A stretch of DNA of 64,000 nucleotides from Candidatus Poribacteria bacterium (lineage in GTDB: Bacteria > Poribacteria > WGA-4E > WGA-3G). Each line of letters begins with the position of its first letter. Within the stretch, counting starts at the first letter, position 1. A program made the position numbers and the translations under genes. This document shows positions 29,061 through 40,300 of the stretch, piece after piece. The notes below the pieces were generated by a model. That model had not been told where the DNA came from. It worked only from the letters and a program-made list of their open reading frames with translations, and did not search any database. The DNA lies in contig CAXXLX010000001.1 in assembly GCA_963665235.2 (NCBI GenBank), forward strand, positions 3,296,001 through 3,360,000, read 5' to 3'.

Positions 29061-30032
29061 TCAGGGCTGCCCATATATCTCAGCAATAATAGCGTTCGTC
29101 TTCAAACCGGACTCTCCCGAACACCGAATCGGTTCACCTGTCTTGATATGATTGACGAAATCCATGATGAGACCTGTGTGCGTATGCGGTAACGGCGTTT
29201 GATTCAGCTCTATCTGTCCCTCAGATTTTGTTTGAAGTGTCAGGTTACTAGAATTTAGCGGCGAACACCGCAAACACCCCTCCGTGCCGTATACCTCTAC
29301 ATCGTCAATTGAGATGCCGACATTCCAATTGATATTAGCGATAGCGTGTGCTCCAGTTTCAAAGCGGAGCGTGAAAACAGCCGAATCATCGACCGGTGTG
29401 TCCAAATGAACCGTCTCCGCGTAGCCACTGACCGAGACGATGTCCCCCATCAGATATTCAAGCAAACTAATGCGGTGGCTCCCGATATCCATCAGCACCC
29501 CGCCTCCGCTAATCTCTGGGTTAATCCGCCAATTCTTCAAATCCTGCCGAGTGGGATTATAGAAACCTGTGCAGTTGATACGTGCAAGCACCGGGTCACC
29601 GATTCCACCTTCCTCCATGACCTGTTTCATTTTTACCACATTCGGGTAAAAGTTTCGGTAATAGGCGAGCATCAAGGTTACACCTGCTTCGTGACAAGCA
29701 TCCACCATGCGTTGACATTCCTCAACCGTCATCGCCATCGGTTTTTCGCAGAGGACATGCTTCCCCGCCTGTGCTGCCCGGAGCGTCTGTTCACAGTGTA
29801 GATATGGCGGGGTGGCGATGTAGATTGCATTGAGTTCATCGTCATTGAGAAGTGCATCTATATCGGTATAGCTGCGTTTTGCGCCATGTCTTTCGGCGAA
29901 ATCTTCCGCTTTGGCACGGTCTCGCCGCATCACAGCAATCAGTTCCGAATCCGCAACGGTATAGAGCGGGGGGCCGCCCTTATGTTCCGCGACATTTCCG
30001 CAGCCGAGTATCCCCCATCTGAGTAGTGCCAT
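29061..30032 (-). CDS. Gfo/Idh/MocA oxidoreductase
   Basis: WGILGCG, GKHVLCEKPMA, GGGVLMDIGSH. Confidence 0.92.
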   Translation of the reverse strand: MALLRWGILGCGNVAEHKGGPPLYTVADSELIAVMRRDRAKAEDFAERHGAKRSYTDIDALLNDDELNAIYIATPPYLHCEQTLRAAQAGKHVLCEKPMAMTVEECQRMVDACHEAGVTLMLAYYRNFYPNVVKMKQVMEEGGIGDPVLARINCTGFYNPTRQDLKNWRINPEISGGGVLMDIGSHRISLLEYLMGDIVSVSGYAETVHLDTPVDDSAVFTLRFETGAHAIANINWNVGISIDDVEVYGTEGCLRCSPLNSSNLTLQTKSEGQIELNQTPLPHTHTGLIMDFVNHIKTGEPIRCSGESGLKTNAIIAEIYGQP

Positions 30033-30048
30033 GTGATGTATTCCTTTC

Positions 30049-30828
30049 TCACTTCGATTCGGTCTGTTCCGTTTCCGCTTGTTCTAGCGGTGCTTCGTCT
30101 TCAGCTGCCTTTTTCAGTTTAGTCTGTTCTGCCTCCAACTCCTCTAAAACTTTGTGTGCAGAAAGACAGAGCGGGTCTGCCAAGAGGGCTTCGGTGATAG
30201 CGTTCTCCGCCGCTTCCAAATTTCCCTGCTGTAGATAAACGAGCGCAATTACCGCATGGACAAGAGAGGTTTTCGACTCCCGTTCCAGCGATTTATGAAA
30301 ATGCTCAAGTGCCAGTTCGTACTCTCCCATCAAAGCCCGCGTGTGTCCGATGTAGAAGTCAAAGTCTACTTCGTCTTTATCATATTCATTTGCCAGCTCA
30401 TGGGCAGTATTAAAATGCTCAATGGCGGTGTCGAACATCTGTAGCCCGACATAAGACCGCCCAAGGACATAGTGAACTTTTACCAAATCCTTGTTAAATT
30501 TTAGAGCGGCAATGGCGATATCTTTTGCATCCTCGTACCTCTCGATCTCTACATAAGAGTTGCCGAGCCTATAGTAAAGCGTAGGATTCTCCGGCTCCAA
30601 GGCGAGTGCTTTTTCGAAACAGGTAACCGCCTCCTTGTGGTTTTTCATCAGTGCATAAGAAGCACCAAGGTTGCTATGCGCGTCAGCATTATAGGGCTCA
30701 ATAGCGATAGCTTTCTGTAAGACTTTTACAGCTTTTTTGTACTTGCCGAATCTATTGTACCAAATGCCGCGCTTTAAATGCGAATTTCTGATCCGAGTTT
30801 GAGTTTTTCCAATGTCTTCTTGTACCAT
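30049..30828 (-). CDS. Tetratricopeptide repeat protein
   Basis: About six TPR motifs (A..NLG..Y....A...F.KAL...P). Confidence 0.85.
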   Translation of the reverse strand: MVQEDIGKTQTRIRNSHLKRGIWYNRFGKYKKAVKVLQKAIAIEPYNADAHSNLGASYALMKNHKEAVTCFEKALALEPENPTLYYRLGNSYVEIERYEDAKDIAIAALKFNKDLVKVHYVLGRSYVGLQMFDTAIEHFNTAHELANEYDKDEVDFDFYIGHTRALMGEYELALEHFHKSLERESKTSLVHAVIALVYLQQGNLEAAENAITEALLADPLCLSAHKVLEELEAEQTKLKKAAEDEAPLEQAETEQTESK

Positions 30829-30887
30829 TCCTCTCTCCAATTTAAACGTTTTAGGATATCCGCTCCTTTTCAGGATGATGCTTTTTT

Positions 30888-30916
30888 AGTATATCACAAA
30901 ATCTTGGAAGTGTCAA
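30888..30916 (-). promoter_or_regulatory. Sigma-70-type promoter of the TPR gene
   Basis: Minus strand TTGACA-N17-TATACT. Confidence 0.7.
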
Positions 30917-31230
30917 CTTGAAAATCAAAAATGGGTGTGTAAAGTTTTTGTACAAAACCGGTGTAAATGTTACACTTTTGACACAAAGTGTAACATTTAC
31001 TTCTCAGTGCTGCAGTCGCACAAACTCACGCCCCGTCTATATTTAGAAGCATTTTCGACCCGTCTTTTTCACAACACATAAAAAATGAGTTGTGACATTT
31101 CGACCGCCGATTTTCGTTTATCAGTTCTGCCTACTTTTCTTATCGTTCTGCCTCCTACTTTTTGAGACCGTTCCGATTTATCGGATTTCTCGGATTTTAA
31201 GCAATAGAAGGTTTGTGATTATGAGCTAGG

Positions 31231-31640
31231 GTGTTGTGTTTTCTATAAATATACCGCCCCGCTGGGGCTAGCTTGTGTTGTGTTGTTGTGTTTTCTATAA
31301 ATATACCGCCCCGCTGGGGCTAGCTTGTGTTGTGTTGTTGTGTTTTCTATAAATATACCGCCCCGCTGGGGCTAGCTTGTGTTGTGTTGTTGTGTTTTCT
31401 ATAAATATACCGCCCCGCTGGGGCTAGCTTGTGTTGTGTTGTTGTGTTTTCTATAAATATACCGCCCCGCTGGGGCTAGCTTGTGTTGTGTTGTTGTGTT
31501 TTCTATAAATATACCGCCCCGCTGGGGCTAGCTTGTGTTGTGCCCTTGTGTTTTCTATAAATATACCGCCCCGCTGGGGCTAGCTTGTCTGGCCCTCGCG
31601 CTTCTATAAACATACCGCCCCGCTGGGGCTAGATTGTCTG
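31231..31640 (+). repeat. REP-like tandem array A, 52-bp unit, 8 copies
   Basis: Core CTATAAATATACCGCCCCGCTGGGGCTAG at 31243, 31295, 31347, 31399, 31451, 31503, 31555 and 31604; hairpin GCCCC-GCT-GGGGC. Confidence 0.95.
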
Positions 31641-31669
31641 GCGTTCACATTAAACATGTCGCCCCGATA

Positions 31670-32260
31670 CCCCTAGTCCCGTAGGGACGATATATTTATA
31701 GAAGCAGATGTTTCGACAACCCCTAGTCCCGTAGGGACGATATATTTATAGAAGTAGATGTTTCGACAACCCCTAGTCCCGTAGGGACGATATATTTATA
31801 GAAGTAGATGTTTCGACAACCCCTAGTCCCGTAGGGACGATATATTTATAGAAGCAGATGTTTCGACAACCCCTAGTCCCGTAGGGACGATATATTTATA
31901 GAAGCAGATGTTTCGACAACCCCTAGTCCCGTAGGGACGATATATTTATAGAAGCAGATGTTTCGACAACCCCTAGTCCCGTAGGGACGATATATTTATA
32001 GAGATTAGAAGCAGATGTTTCGACAACCCCTAGTCCCGTAGGGACGATATATTTATAGAAGTAGATGTTTCGACAACCCCTAGTCCCGTAGGGACGATAT
32101 ATTTATAGAAGCAGATGTTTCGACAACCCCTAGTCCCGTAGGGACGATATATTTATAGAAGCAGATGTTTCGACAACCCCTAGTCCCGTAGGGACGATAT
32201 ATTTATAGAAGCAGATGTTTCGACAACCCCTAGTCCCGTAGGGACGATATATTTATAGAG
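31670..32260 (-). repeat. REP-like tandem array B, 50-bp unit, 12 copies, inverted relative to array A
   Basis: Unit CCCTAGTCCCGTAGGGACGATATATTTATAGAAG(C/T)AGATGTTTCGACAAC; one copy has a 7-bp insertion near 32003; hairpin GTCCC-GTA-GGGAC. Confidence 0.95.
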
Positions 32261-32401
32261 AAAACGGACATTTATTTTCAAACTCACGTTTAAGTACAAA
32301 AATTTTACACACCCATCAAAAATTCAAAAATGGCAGAAGCATTTAGTTTTCGGGCCTTCCATCCTTCTAATACCATTTCTAATTGAAAATGTCTCTTTGT
32401 A

Positions 32402-32550
32402 GTAGCATAAACTTCCAGTTTGTGCGTTTTATCGTAGCATAAACTTCCAGTTTGTGCGTTTTATCGTAGCATAAACTTCCAGTTTGTGCGTTTTATCGTA
32501 GCATAAACTTCCAGTTTGTGCGTTTTATCGTAGCATAAACTTCCAGTTTG
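32402..32550 (+). repeat. GTAG-type REP-like tandem array C, 32-bp unit, about 4.7 copies
   Basis: GTAGCATAAACTTCCAGTTTGTGCGTTTTATC at 32402, 32434, 32466, 32498 and 32530 (partial). Confidence 0.93.
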
Positions 32551-32606
32551 GGTCTTCCGTTCTCCGTTTCATTTCTAACAACCGGTAATGATAGAATAAT
32601 TAATAA

Positions 32607-33140
32607 AAATGGTATTACAAAGAAAACAGTGGGGACTACGCAAGTTCAGAAGATGAGTACCCTGAGCATCTCCAGACAGATGATGAAGAGGCAAGAATTA
32701 CACGTCTTGGTATGGACGATTTTTTCTGTGAAAATATCAAACGGAAACTTGCCGCCCGATTTAGACGGCTAGATATCAACCACCCGCAATTCCCAGAAAA
32801 GTACAGAAACCTGTTTACCGAAACGCGGAAAGCATATCTCAACAAAGGCAACCCTGACACCTTGCAACACAAGCAAAACGCCCTCTGGGAAGCAGAGATT
32901 CTATACAACTGTGTGAAAAAACGCATCTTTAAGGAACGGGATATGACGCTAATCCCCTTAGCACATCAACTCCTCAAAACCATCATCGCTTTGCATCTTT
33001 TGGACGAACCGGGGGAAATCCTCGACATTACACCCGAAAACGGAAAGCAACTCCCGAATATGCAGAAAGCTATAACCGATACCACCAAAAGCGATATCCC
33101 AAACACGGACAATCACGTGCAGACCGATAAATCGCTTTAA
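32607..33140 (+). pseudogene. 5'-truncated paralog of the 33220-33843 gene
   Basis: Shares LA.RFRRLDINH..FP.KYR.LF and LAHQ.LK.I; frame is open only from 32607; N-terminal helix is missing. Confidence 0.65.
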
Positions 33141-33219
33141 CACAAGAAACATTTCGCGCTTCTTTTCAAAAAGACGTGAAAAACTCAAGCGTTCCAGACA
33201 TAACTAAGGAGATATACCC

Positions 33220-33843
33220 ATGAAGCTACAAGAACGCCACAAACAATTTGTCATTAGAGGATACGCACAATTCATGAACCTATCCCAAATAATCGACGAA
33301 TTCCTACACACATTTCCTGACGATATCGAAGCACTTTGCGGCATACCTTATGTCGACAAACACCGATTCGTTGACGAATACATTGCCAGAGAACAAGAAC
33401 TTGGTCTGAAGAAAGGGGAACTGGAAGACTACTATGACCTTCTCTGGGACGCAGAAGACGAATACGCCGAAAAAATCGAACCGCAAATCGAGGAAATACG
33501 GAAAATACTCGCATCCCGGTTCCGAAGATTGGATATCAATCACAAACGATTCCCGCGAAAATATCGAGCCCTCTTTGACCAAGTACAGAGAGAACACTTT
33601 CAAAACCTCCACACAGGCAGCCTTGAGAACCCTAAAAACGCTATAGAGGAATTGGAAACGCTCTACAACCTCGTCAGAGAAAACATCTTTGAACACCAGG
33701 ACCTGACACAAGTGCGTTTGGCACATCAGATACTAAAATCAATTGTCACATCTAAAAACCTCCTGGAAAAAAAGGGAGCGTTAAATGTCAAACCGCAATC
33801 CGAAACCCCGCAACAGGAAACCCTAAACGTTTTGAGCGATTAA
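33220..33843 (+). CDS. Hypothetical protein resembling DUF2280 (phage terminase-small-subunit-like)
   Basis: AAGGAG RBS; L.E..K.FVI..YA.F...SQI N-terminus and KY..LF...R core recall DUF2280; weak match by eye. Confidence 0.55.
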   Translation: MKLQERHKQFVIRGYAQFMNLSQIIDEFLHTFPDDIEALCGIPYVDKHRFVDEYIAREQELGLKKGELEDYYDLLWDAEDEYAEKIEPQIEEIRKILASRFRRLDINHKRFPRKYRALFDQVQREHFQNLHTGSLENPKNAIEELETLYNLVRENIFEHQDLTQVRLAHQILKSIVTSKNLLEKKGALNVKPQSETPQQETLNVLSD

Positions 33844-33972
33844 CCCCAAACCCAGCGAGAGGCGTGCTTGAAACGCACACCTCTCCTGCTATAGTGATAG
33901 CACCCACTTGCCTAATGAGGATTAATTTTTAAATTCGGTAATTTCGGAAAGGGCGATAAATCACCCTACTAC

Positions 33973-34099
33973 ATTGGTTTATGGAAACTTATGGAAACCT
34001 ATAGCAAGAGAAATAGGTCTCTGACGCGCTTCAGATATGTTCTTAGAATCACAAACCTCTTGCTAATTGCCAATTGCTAATTGCTAATCGCCAATCGCC
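33973..34099 (-). repeat. Interspersed element with GCAATT(A/G) heptamer tracts (copy 1)
   Basis: Reverse complement matches the copies at 55261-55362 and 60301-60414 (GCAAGAG.TT.TGATTCTAA...TTTCTCTTG...GGTTTCCA). Confidence 0.7.
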
Positions 34100-34167
34100 A
34101 AGGAGTAGTAGGGGAAGCATTCATTGCCCGCCGATTATCGAAATATTTTTTAAACTTCATAAAATGT

Positions 34168-34196
34168 TTGACATTTCCGAAGTTTTTAGATATTAT
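34168..34196 (+). promoter_or_regulatory. Sigma-70-type promoter of the giant TPR gene
   Basis: TTGACA-N17-TATTAT. Confidence 0.6.
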
Positions 34197-34320
34197 ATTT
34201 GTATAGAAACCGAAAAAACAGCACATGGACAAATTCCGTTAGCGTCCTGCTATTGGTTTCTCTATCACTTTGAAGTTTTAGCACCATTTTCCGAGACCCT
34301 ATATTTCTCAAGGAGAATTC

Positions 34321-37300
34321 TTGATGTTTAGTCGTGAAAAGTCCCCAATCATTGTGTGTCTTCTGTTTCTTATAGTCTGCCCGTTCTGTTTCTTATCCAT
34401 TGCACACGCCCAAGATGAAACGAGCGACGCAAAAGTCATTGAACGTTACAAACTGATGCTGAATCGTAAACCGAAAGAGGGGAGTACATTCGACCGGGTC
34501 TATCAGTTTTATCTCGAAGGTGCCGGGCTGGATGCAATGCTCAGCGATTATCAGACAGAGGCGCTAGCCAACCCGAACAATTTTAACGTTCAACTTATCT
34601 TAGGGCATCTATACAAACGACTCGGCAAAGATGCTGAAGCGGTCGCTGCATATCAACACGCTGTCCAACTCGCGCCTGACAGCTATTATCCGCATTTTGC
34701 CTTGGGACAGATGCAGGCGGCCTTACGTCAACATGAGGAAGCAATCGGCGAGCTAACAAAAGCAGCTACACTGTCCGAACAGGCACAGAACGTGTCCCTC
34801 GAAGAATTAACCGCAATATACAAAGCACTCGGACACGCCTATTTCCGAAGAGACAACGTCGAAGACGCAATTCAGGCGTGGCAAAAAATATCTGAACTGA
34901 ACCCGCAGGACATCTTCGCACGGATTGAACTGGCAGATCTCTTCCGAGAACAGGAACTCTACGAGCAAGCAATATCGCAACACGAAACAATAATTCAGCA
35001 GAAACAGGATGACCCGTATCGGGTGTGCCTGAGCCATCGGGAAATTGGGAATATTCACCAGGCGAAAGGCGATTATCGGGCTGCCGTTCAAAGCTATGAT
35101 GCCGCACTTGCCCTAACCGCCCCCGGCAACTGGCTCCGCAAAGACCTACAACACCGTATCATCGGCATCTATGCAGCGGACAGTAATTGGGAAGGCTTAA
35201 TCAAGTACTATCAAGGCAAACTTGAAGCAACGCCAAACGAACCGGAACTCCTCGGTTTGTTAGCAGCCGCGTCCATTGAAAACCAGCAGCTTGAAGAAGG
35301 CATCAGCACATATCGAAAAGGATTGGAACTTGCACCAACCGACACGAACCTACGTTTAAACCTTATCGCCTCGCTCCGAAACGCAGAGAAATTTGAGGAC
35401 GCAGCAGCGGAATACGAAAAGCTCAGCGAACAGGCACCTGACGACTTCGGTATCTATCGCGAACTAGGCGAACTCTATCTGCAGCTCGGAAATAGGGACA
35501 AAGCTAAGGCAGTATATCAAAAAATGATTGAGCGGGCCCCAAACAGTGCGGGCACTCACCTTATCCTCGCAGAAATTTACGCCGGACACGAATGGCTCGA
35601 CGATGCCATCGCCCAATATGAGAAAGCGAGCTCGCTTGAACCGAACAATCTCGATTACATAGAATATTTCGGAGAGTTCTATTTTCGTCAAGGCAATCGT
35701 GAGAAAGCACTTGACACGTGGAATCGGATGGTCGCCGGCGATAAGAACACCGCTGAGAATCACGCGCAACTTGCACAGCTACTCAACGCGAAAAATTTCA
35801 AAACTGAGGCGGTCGCAGCAATCCGAAAAGCCGTTGCACTAATGCCAGATGAATACCGCTATCGTGAAACGTTGGCAAACCAGCTCATGGAGCACAAGGA
35901 ATACGATGAAGCACTCACCGAATACACAGCGGCGATGAAACTTGCACCCAACCCGTTCTTTGCCGAAAAGATGGATGACCAAAGAATTGAACTCTACCGC
36001 AGACAAGGGACACTCCTAGAAAAAATTGAACTTCTCGAAGCGGAGCTTGAAAAACCGGGCTTAAGTGATACCGAACAGTTCACAAATTACAAACAGCTCA
36101 CCAAAATGTCCCTCAAATTAACCAACATCACTTATGCCCTTGAAGTGCTTTTGAAAGCTAAAGCACTTCAACCCGATGATGTTGTCGTCAACCGGTGGCT
36201 CGCGGACATCTACACACGGCAAGGCAGACGCAACGAGGCAAATGCTATCTATACGCACCTAATCGCAATAGACACCGCAAACGCCCGTGAATACCATGCA
36301 AACATCGCAAAGTCCTACCTGAACGTGATGGATTTTGAAGCAGCAACAACGGCAGCTAAACAGGTAATAGCCCATAGTCCACGGAATCCAGAGGGACATC
36401 AACTGCTTGCACAAATTGCCAAGCAATCCAAAAACTATGATACCGCCATAGACAGCCTAAAACAGGCAATTCGGCTACGGCCAGAAGCAATTGACACACG
36501 CGCTGAGCTAGCTGATATTTATAAACTTTCTGGAAATCTTCATCAAGCCCTATCACAGTACTGGCGGTGTTGGGACTTAAGCGGTAGTGTTAGCGATAAA
36601 CTCACCTTTGTCAAACCGCTCTCTGAAATATATTATGACCTCGGTAGACGCGGCGAATTTGAAGAAAAGCTAAAACAATTGGCGAAATCTAATACTACCG
36701 GGGTCGGCCCTGTCTTGGCACTTGCTGAACTTTACCGCATGGAAGGCGACCTGCCGAGTGCACGTTTCCAACTAGCGCAGGCTTTGAACAAGCAACGTGA
36801 AAATCCGGAACTCTTGAGCCACCTCGTCCAAATCAGCATAGCACTTGGGAATGTCCAGGACGCGCTTACGTATCAGCAGCGACTTGTCAAAGCCAATCCT
36901 GACGCTACTAACCAACAAAGACTTGGCGAATTGCTGTTTGACGCAGGACGGGAACAGGAAGCGATTCAGGCGTGGACAAAATTACTTCACGCGAAAAACC
37001 GGACACTTGAAGCTGAAATCAAACTCGCCGCTTTATTACTCCGGCACGGGTTATCAGAGGAGGCGTTTTTTGTGCTTGACCGGGCAGCAGAGAAAATTGC
37101 GGGGACCGATGCACACATCCCACTTTATCGATTGGGAGCTATGTTAGTCGGAATGAATGAACCGGAACGCGCTCGCACCTATTTCCAACGCATTCTTGAG
37201 ATGCCCGAGCCGACTATAGATGCTAAAAATCAGAAAACCACAAAACCGACTATCTACACCGCTTCTACCATACCAGGCGTTGACATTAACAAATTTGAAA

Positions 37301-40300
37301 TCGCCCGCGGAAACATCAGCAGGATTCAGAGTAAACCCACTTTCACGGGGGGCGGTACGGCATGGATACCGAAAACTTTTGAAGAGACCCAAGCCGCCGC
37401 GCTCGTACATTTGACTACAATTGCACAGCGGCAGGGAAAACTTCCTCAACTCGTTCAACATTTTGAGGCAAATGCTGAAGCGAATCCGACTGACATCAAA
37501 GCACTTGAAACCTTAGTGCAGCTCTATACCCTAGTCCAGTACAACGACAAGGCTGAAAAAACGATTGATAGGTTAATCGAAATCTCACCCAATGATGCGG
37601 CATACCAACCGCTACGAGTGCATCGCGCAGTGCGGGAAAACCTCAATTATGAAACGTTCAAAAAATCACTCGACGAGATACCCGGCTTAGTCCCCGAAGC
37701 ACGGCTCCGATATACCGCAGAGTATGCGCAACTCCTGTCCCGTTCAGATAAAAAAGATGACGCAATAAAACTCATGCAGGAAATTGAGGATGTAAACGTC
37801 ACTGACATCAGCACCGGTTTTATGTTAGTTGAAGCTTTTCTGATGATGGATAAGACAGATAGCGCGGAGAAAATCCTTCTTAATCTACCTATACCTCCTC
37901 AGAAACAGCAGCAGCAATATCAACGATTGTTTGAAAGACTCACAGACGCTTACATCGACCAAGGCGAGCTGGATAAAACTGCTGCGCTTTTCTGGGTCTT
38001 CTGTGAACGTACAAAACCCAACACTATAAATTCGAGACGCGTTGCTGCACTTCCACAGAGCTCCTATTATTATGGCGGTTATAGGCCAATTCAGACCAGT
38101 TATCCCACAACCACAGTCTACTTCAATCGAAGTCGTCTGAATTATCTCCAATCTATCTTCCGTGAGTTTTGGATGCGGGAACAGCAGGAAACCTTATATA
38201 CAAAATTCCGAACAGAATTAGACGCGGCAAAAGGGAGAGACCGTATCTATCCTAGTCTGGCACTCAGCTACTGCTATTGGTGGGCTGAAAAACGCGATAA
38301 AGCACAAAAGGTGCTGTCAACCTTACAACAGGAATTTCCTGATGACCTGACGCTTAAACTCAACACCGCTTTTGTCTCTATTCAGAACGGAAAACATGGA
38401 GAGGCTTTAAAAATGATTACCGACCTGGCTGAAATAGAACCGAGAAATCGGCAGCAATATCGTAATTTATTACTACAGCTTGCCATTCGTACGGGTGATT
38501 CTGTTAGTTTGCGTGCACTGATTACAAAATTGTTAAATTCGGCAGTCGGCGCGCAGGAGCTTTATCAGCTCTCACAGACACTCCAAAACGCTGGGTTCAC
38601 ACAGTACGCAATTTCGGCTGGAAAAAAAGCGATGACATTAGCAATGGCACAACGAAACCCGAACTTTCTGATAGACCTAGCGGAACATCTCGGACGACTC
38701 GGTAGGGGGCAGGATGCTGCACGTCTTGCAGAACGCGCCTTACGGTTCGCCAGTCAAACCGACCGATACGGACGGACGATGTATTCATGGAATATGCGAC
38801 AGGCTGTTAGTTTGACGAGTCACTCAAAAAACATGCAGGAACGCGAAAAACGGTTCATAGCAGAGGCCCAAAAAAATCCGGAAGCATTCCAAGCACAACT
38901 TAAACTCGCCATGTTTTATGAGAACACCAATCAGATTGAAAAAGCCTCCCAGGGGTTCAAGAAGGCATTGGAATTGCAACCCAAAGACAGCATAACTCGC
39001 CTTAGATACGTCCGAATGCTGGAGCGTGCAGGGAAAGCTATGGAGGCTCTGCCGGAATATACAACCCTTTTGAAAAATGATTCAACCGCACTCGGGTATG
39101 ACTACGAAAAAGCAATTGATGCGTTTGTCGCCGCTGGCGAAATTGACGCGCTGATTTCACTCACAAAAGAGCTGATTCTCCCTGTCGGACAATACGCTGG
39201 CAACGATTTCACACAAAAGGTTGCCCGGCGATGTCTCACAGAAAACAGACCTGACGCTGCTATAGAAATATTCGAAAAAATCCTTCAGGTCCATCCGAGC
39301 TGGGACTATATCCATCGGGAATTAGCAGCGGCATATCTTACAGCCGGCAACTCTGAAAAAGCAATTCAGTACTTAACAGAAAAATATGAGCTCGGGAAGA
39401 CATCCTTGTCCGAAACAGAGTTTCAATTGAAAATAGCGGAATTCCATGAAGCCGCCGGTGGACGAGAAAGCGCAATTCAATTTTTACGAGAACAAACCGA
39501 AACAGGTGGCGAATCGACCGTTGTTTTCAAACTTGCCGAATACTATGAGGTGAGCGGTGAATTAGAAAATTTCATAGCAGAATATGAAGCAAAACTCGCT
39601 GAAAATCCTTCAGCAACAAAATTGCTCTATATTTTAACCACTCTGAAGATAAAAGCGGATGATATTGAGGGGGCAACCGCACACGTCACTACATTGATTG
39701 ACAACGCGCTTATGTCCATTAATACGCAGTGGCTCTATAATCTTGCCGATGCATCTGACAAAGCTAATGCACACCCCCTTCAATTCCGCCTCCTCGAAGC
39801 CGCAGCGGAGAAGCTTGAACGCCAGAATTCGTGGAAACTTGCAGATTGTTACGAGAAATTAGGTGAGGCTTATGCCAAAAGAGGCGAGCAGGAGAAAGCA
39901 CAAAACGCATTACGTAAAATGGGCACCCTCCAAACTATGGAGGATAGCAGCCAGAGTGTATATGAAAAAAGAGGACTCGCCTCAACCTATATGCGACACG
40001 AAATGTGGGACGACGCTGAAAAGCTCCTAACCGAAATCATTAACGACCTCTCCGCCTCCTCGTACGAACGGGAACGTGCACAAGAGCAGTTTATGCAAAT
40101 AAAACAGAATAGGGACAAGCACGCAACCGCAAAAGAACTTGCCAAGAAAACAGAGGACCTGGATATAGGCATGCAACGGGCTATGGCAAAAGAGTTCATG
40201 CAGCAGAACCAGCTGGAGGAGGCAGTAGAAATTTTTGAACGAATTACGGAAACGATGCCTGAAGACCTGGAATCTCGCGCACAACTTGCAACGCTCTATT

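Larger units (their letters stand above)
30933..32314. mobile_element. 1382-bp non-coding, non-autonomous Mutator/IS256-like element
   Basis: TIRs GGGTGTGTAAAGTTTTTGTAC / GTACAAAAATTTTACACACCC (20/21); perfect 9-bp direct flanks ATCAAAAAT (30924-30932, 32315-32323). Confidence 0.82.

Noticed and set aside
31231-32550. CRISPR array
   Set aside because: Sequences between the palindromic cores are identical or nearly so, with no unique spacers, and there are no cas genes; these are tandem REP-like repeats.
32548-33843. Prophage
   Set aside because: Only weakly DUF2280-like genes are present, with no structural, packaging, lysis or integrase genes.
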